A DNA stretch of 63,410 nt, filler included, from Octopus bimaculoides (lineage: Eukaryota), in assembly GCF_001194135.2 (NCBI RefSeq). It is 6 parts of 6 records of this genome, joined end to end, with 100 filler letters (N's around TTAATTAATTAA, not from the genome) between each part and the next. Parts side by side here need not be neighbours in the genome. Positions count along the whole stretch, not along the records: positions 55,713 to 63,410 come from NC_068992.1; 5 more parts are not named here. The stretch is one strand, 5' to 3'. A program made the translations under genes and the position numbers. The notes beneath the pieces are model-generated. The model did not search any database, had not been told where the DNA came from, and was given only the letters and a program-made list of their open reading frames with translations. How positions within the stretch are numbered: position 1 is the stretch's first letter; each line of letters begins with the position of its first letter. Shown one piece after another: positions 62,270 to 63,410 of the stretch.

Positions 62270-63030
62270 CTTGAGATAACGAAAAACTTGGAGAATAGCT
62301 ACATGACTTTCTAAAAGACAGAAATCAAGTAGTGGTGGCCAACGGGTTCACAAACACTGGGTGATGTTCCACGGAACACTGTCTCGAAGCCGCTGTTCTT
62401 CATAATGGCCCTTACACGCACCGTCAGCTGCTCAGATAGTCTGTCTTGCTATGGAGATGACTCAAAAGTCTCTCGGAGGATACAGTTTAATGCTGGAAAA
62501 TCCTAGAAGAACGTGTACTAAACTTTGGCGTTGTCAGTTATACAAACAGCAGCTCAGGGCACCACCGCAGAGTACCAAAATCCCAACATTGCTATCAGGT
62601 CAGAAGACACAAAACTGCAACGGCTTAAGCTTCAATATCCTCCCACAAAGGTTCAAAGACCTACTTGGGGGTGAATTCCAAAACTAACTTGGATCTTTTC
62701 TTTTATTTTCCGCTCTAGGTACAGAGCCCAAAATTTTTGGGGAGAGGGCCAATAGATTTGATCGACCCCTGTACGTAACTGGTACTTAATTTATCGACTC
62801 CAGAAGGATGACAGGCAAAGTCGACTTCGGCGGAATTTGAACTCAGAACGTAATGACAGACGAAATAACGGTAAGCATTTCGCTTGGTGTGCTAACGTTT
62901 CTGCCAGCTCGCCGCCTGGATCTTCTGTCAAAAGTTCTGGATGAACCCGCCTCACAGCAAGAAACGCAAATCAGAGCAGCAACATCAAATTCCCTCGTTC
63001 ACCAAGTGCCAGACATCCGAGGAGGTTTTA
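62270..63030 (+). mobile_element. Decayed CR1-like LINE 3' fragments interrupted by SINE B
   Basis: KLGE*LHDFLKDRNQVVVANG; SFNILPQRFKDL; LSKVLDEP...RAATSNSLVHQ. Confidence 0.65.
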
Positions 63031-63209
63031 TGAAAGTGTAGCAAATCAAACACCGGTGCGTCAGCATAGCCGCAGCTCTCGAGCTGAAAACAGAAAACAA
63101 TGTGTGTGTGTGTGTGTGTGTGTGTGTTTGTGTGTGTGTGGAATTACGTATACAACACATAACATGTAAAATTATATCTATGGATAGATAAACAGACAGA
63201 TAGATAGAC

Positions 63210-63243
<34 letters not shown>

Positions 63244-63347
63244 TGAGTGAGTGAGTGAGTGCGTGTGTGTGTGTCTGTGTGTGTCTGTGTGTGTGTATGT
63301 GTGTGTGAGAGAGAGAGAGAGACAGAGAGACAGAGAGACAGAGAGAG

Positions 63348-63410
<63 letters not shown>

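Overview
AT-rich, microsatellite-laden, gap-rich animal genomic DNA. The SINE/LINE repertoire looks octopus/cephalopod-like (inference; no database search was possible). The window is not one locus: five identical 100-bp linkers (44 N + TTAATTAATTAA + 44 N) join six separate scaffolds (1-26637, 26738-43367, 43468-49519, 49620-52537, 52638-55612, 55713-63410). The only well-supported host gene is a spliced ZNF277 orthologue on the + strand: six clear exons (15634-26114) plus a probable first exon at 14071, cut off by the first linker. A possible divergent minus-strand gene starts at the same CpG-retaining promoter. The rest is transposon-derived: several tRNA-derived SINE families, a (GAT)n-tailed family with 5' tandem monomers, Penelope-like elements (PLEs), R4/Dong-like LINEs sitting in (TAA)n tracts, RTE, CR1-like, L1/Tx1, Tigger, Tc1/mariner and piggyBac MITEs. 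The most notable pattern, which the ORF track does not show, is about a dozen minimal type I hammerhead ribozyme motifs from several unrelated families. Two are fully intact (38126-38177, 45034-45094), one has an ~80-nt insertion in stem II, and one family has a CCGAUGA core. Several lie in head-to-head fold-back structures. Nearly all listed ORFs are microsatellite or N-gap artefacts. Repeat boundaries are approximate unless TIRs, TSDs or splice sites are quoted.
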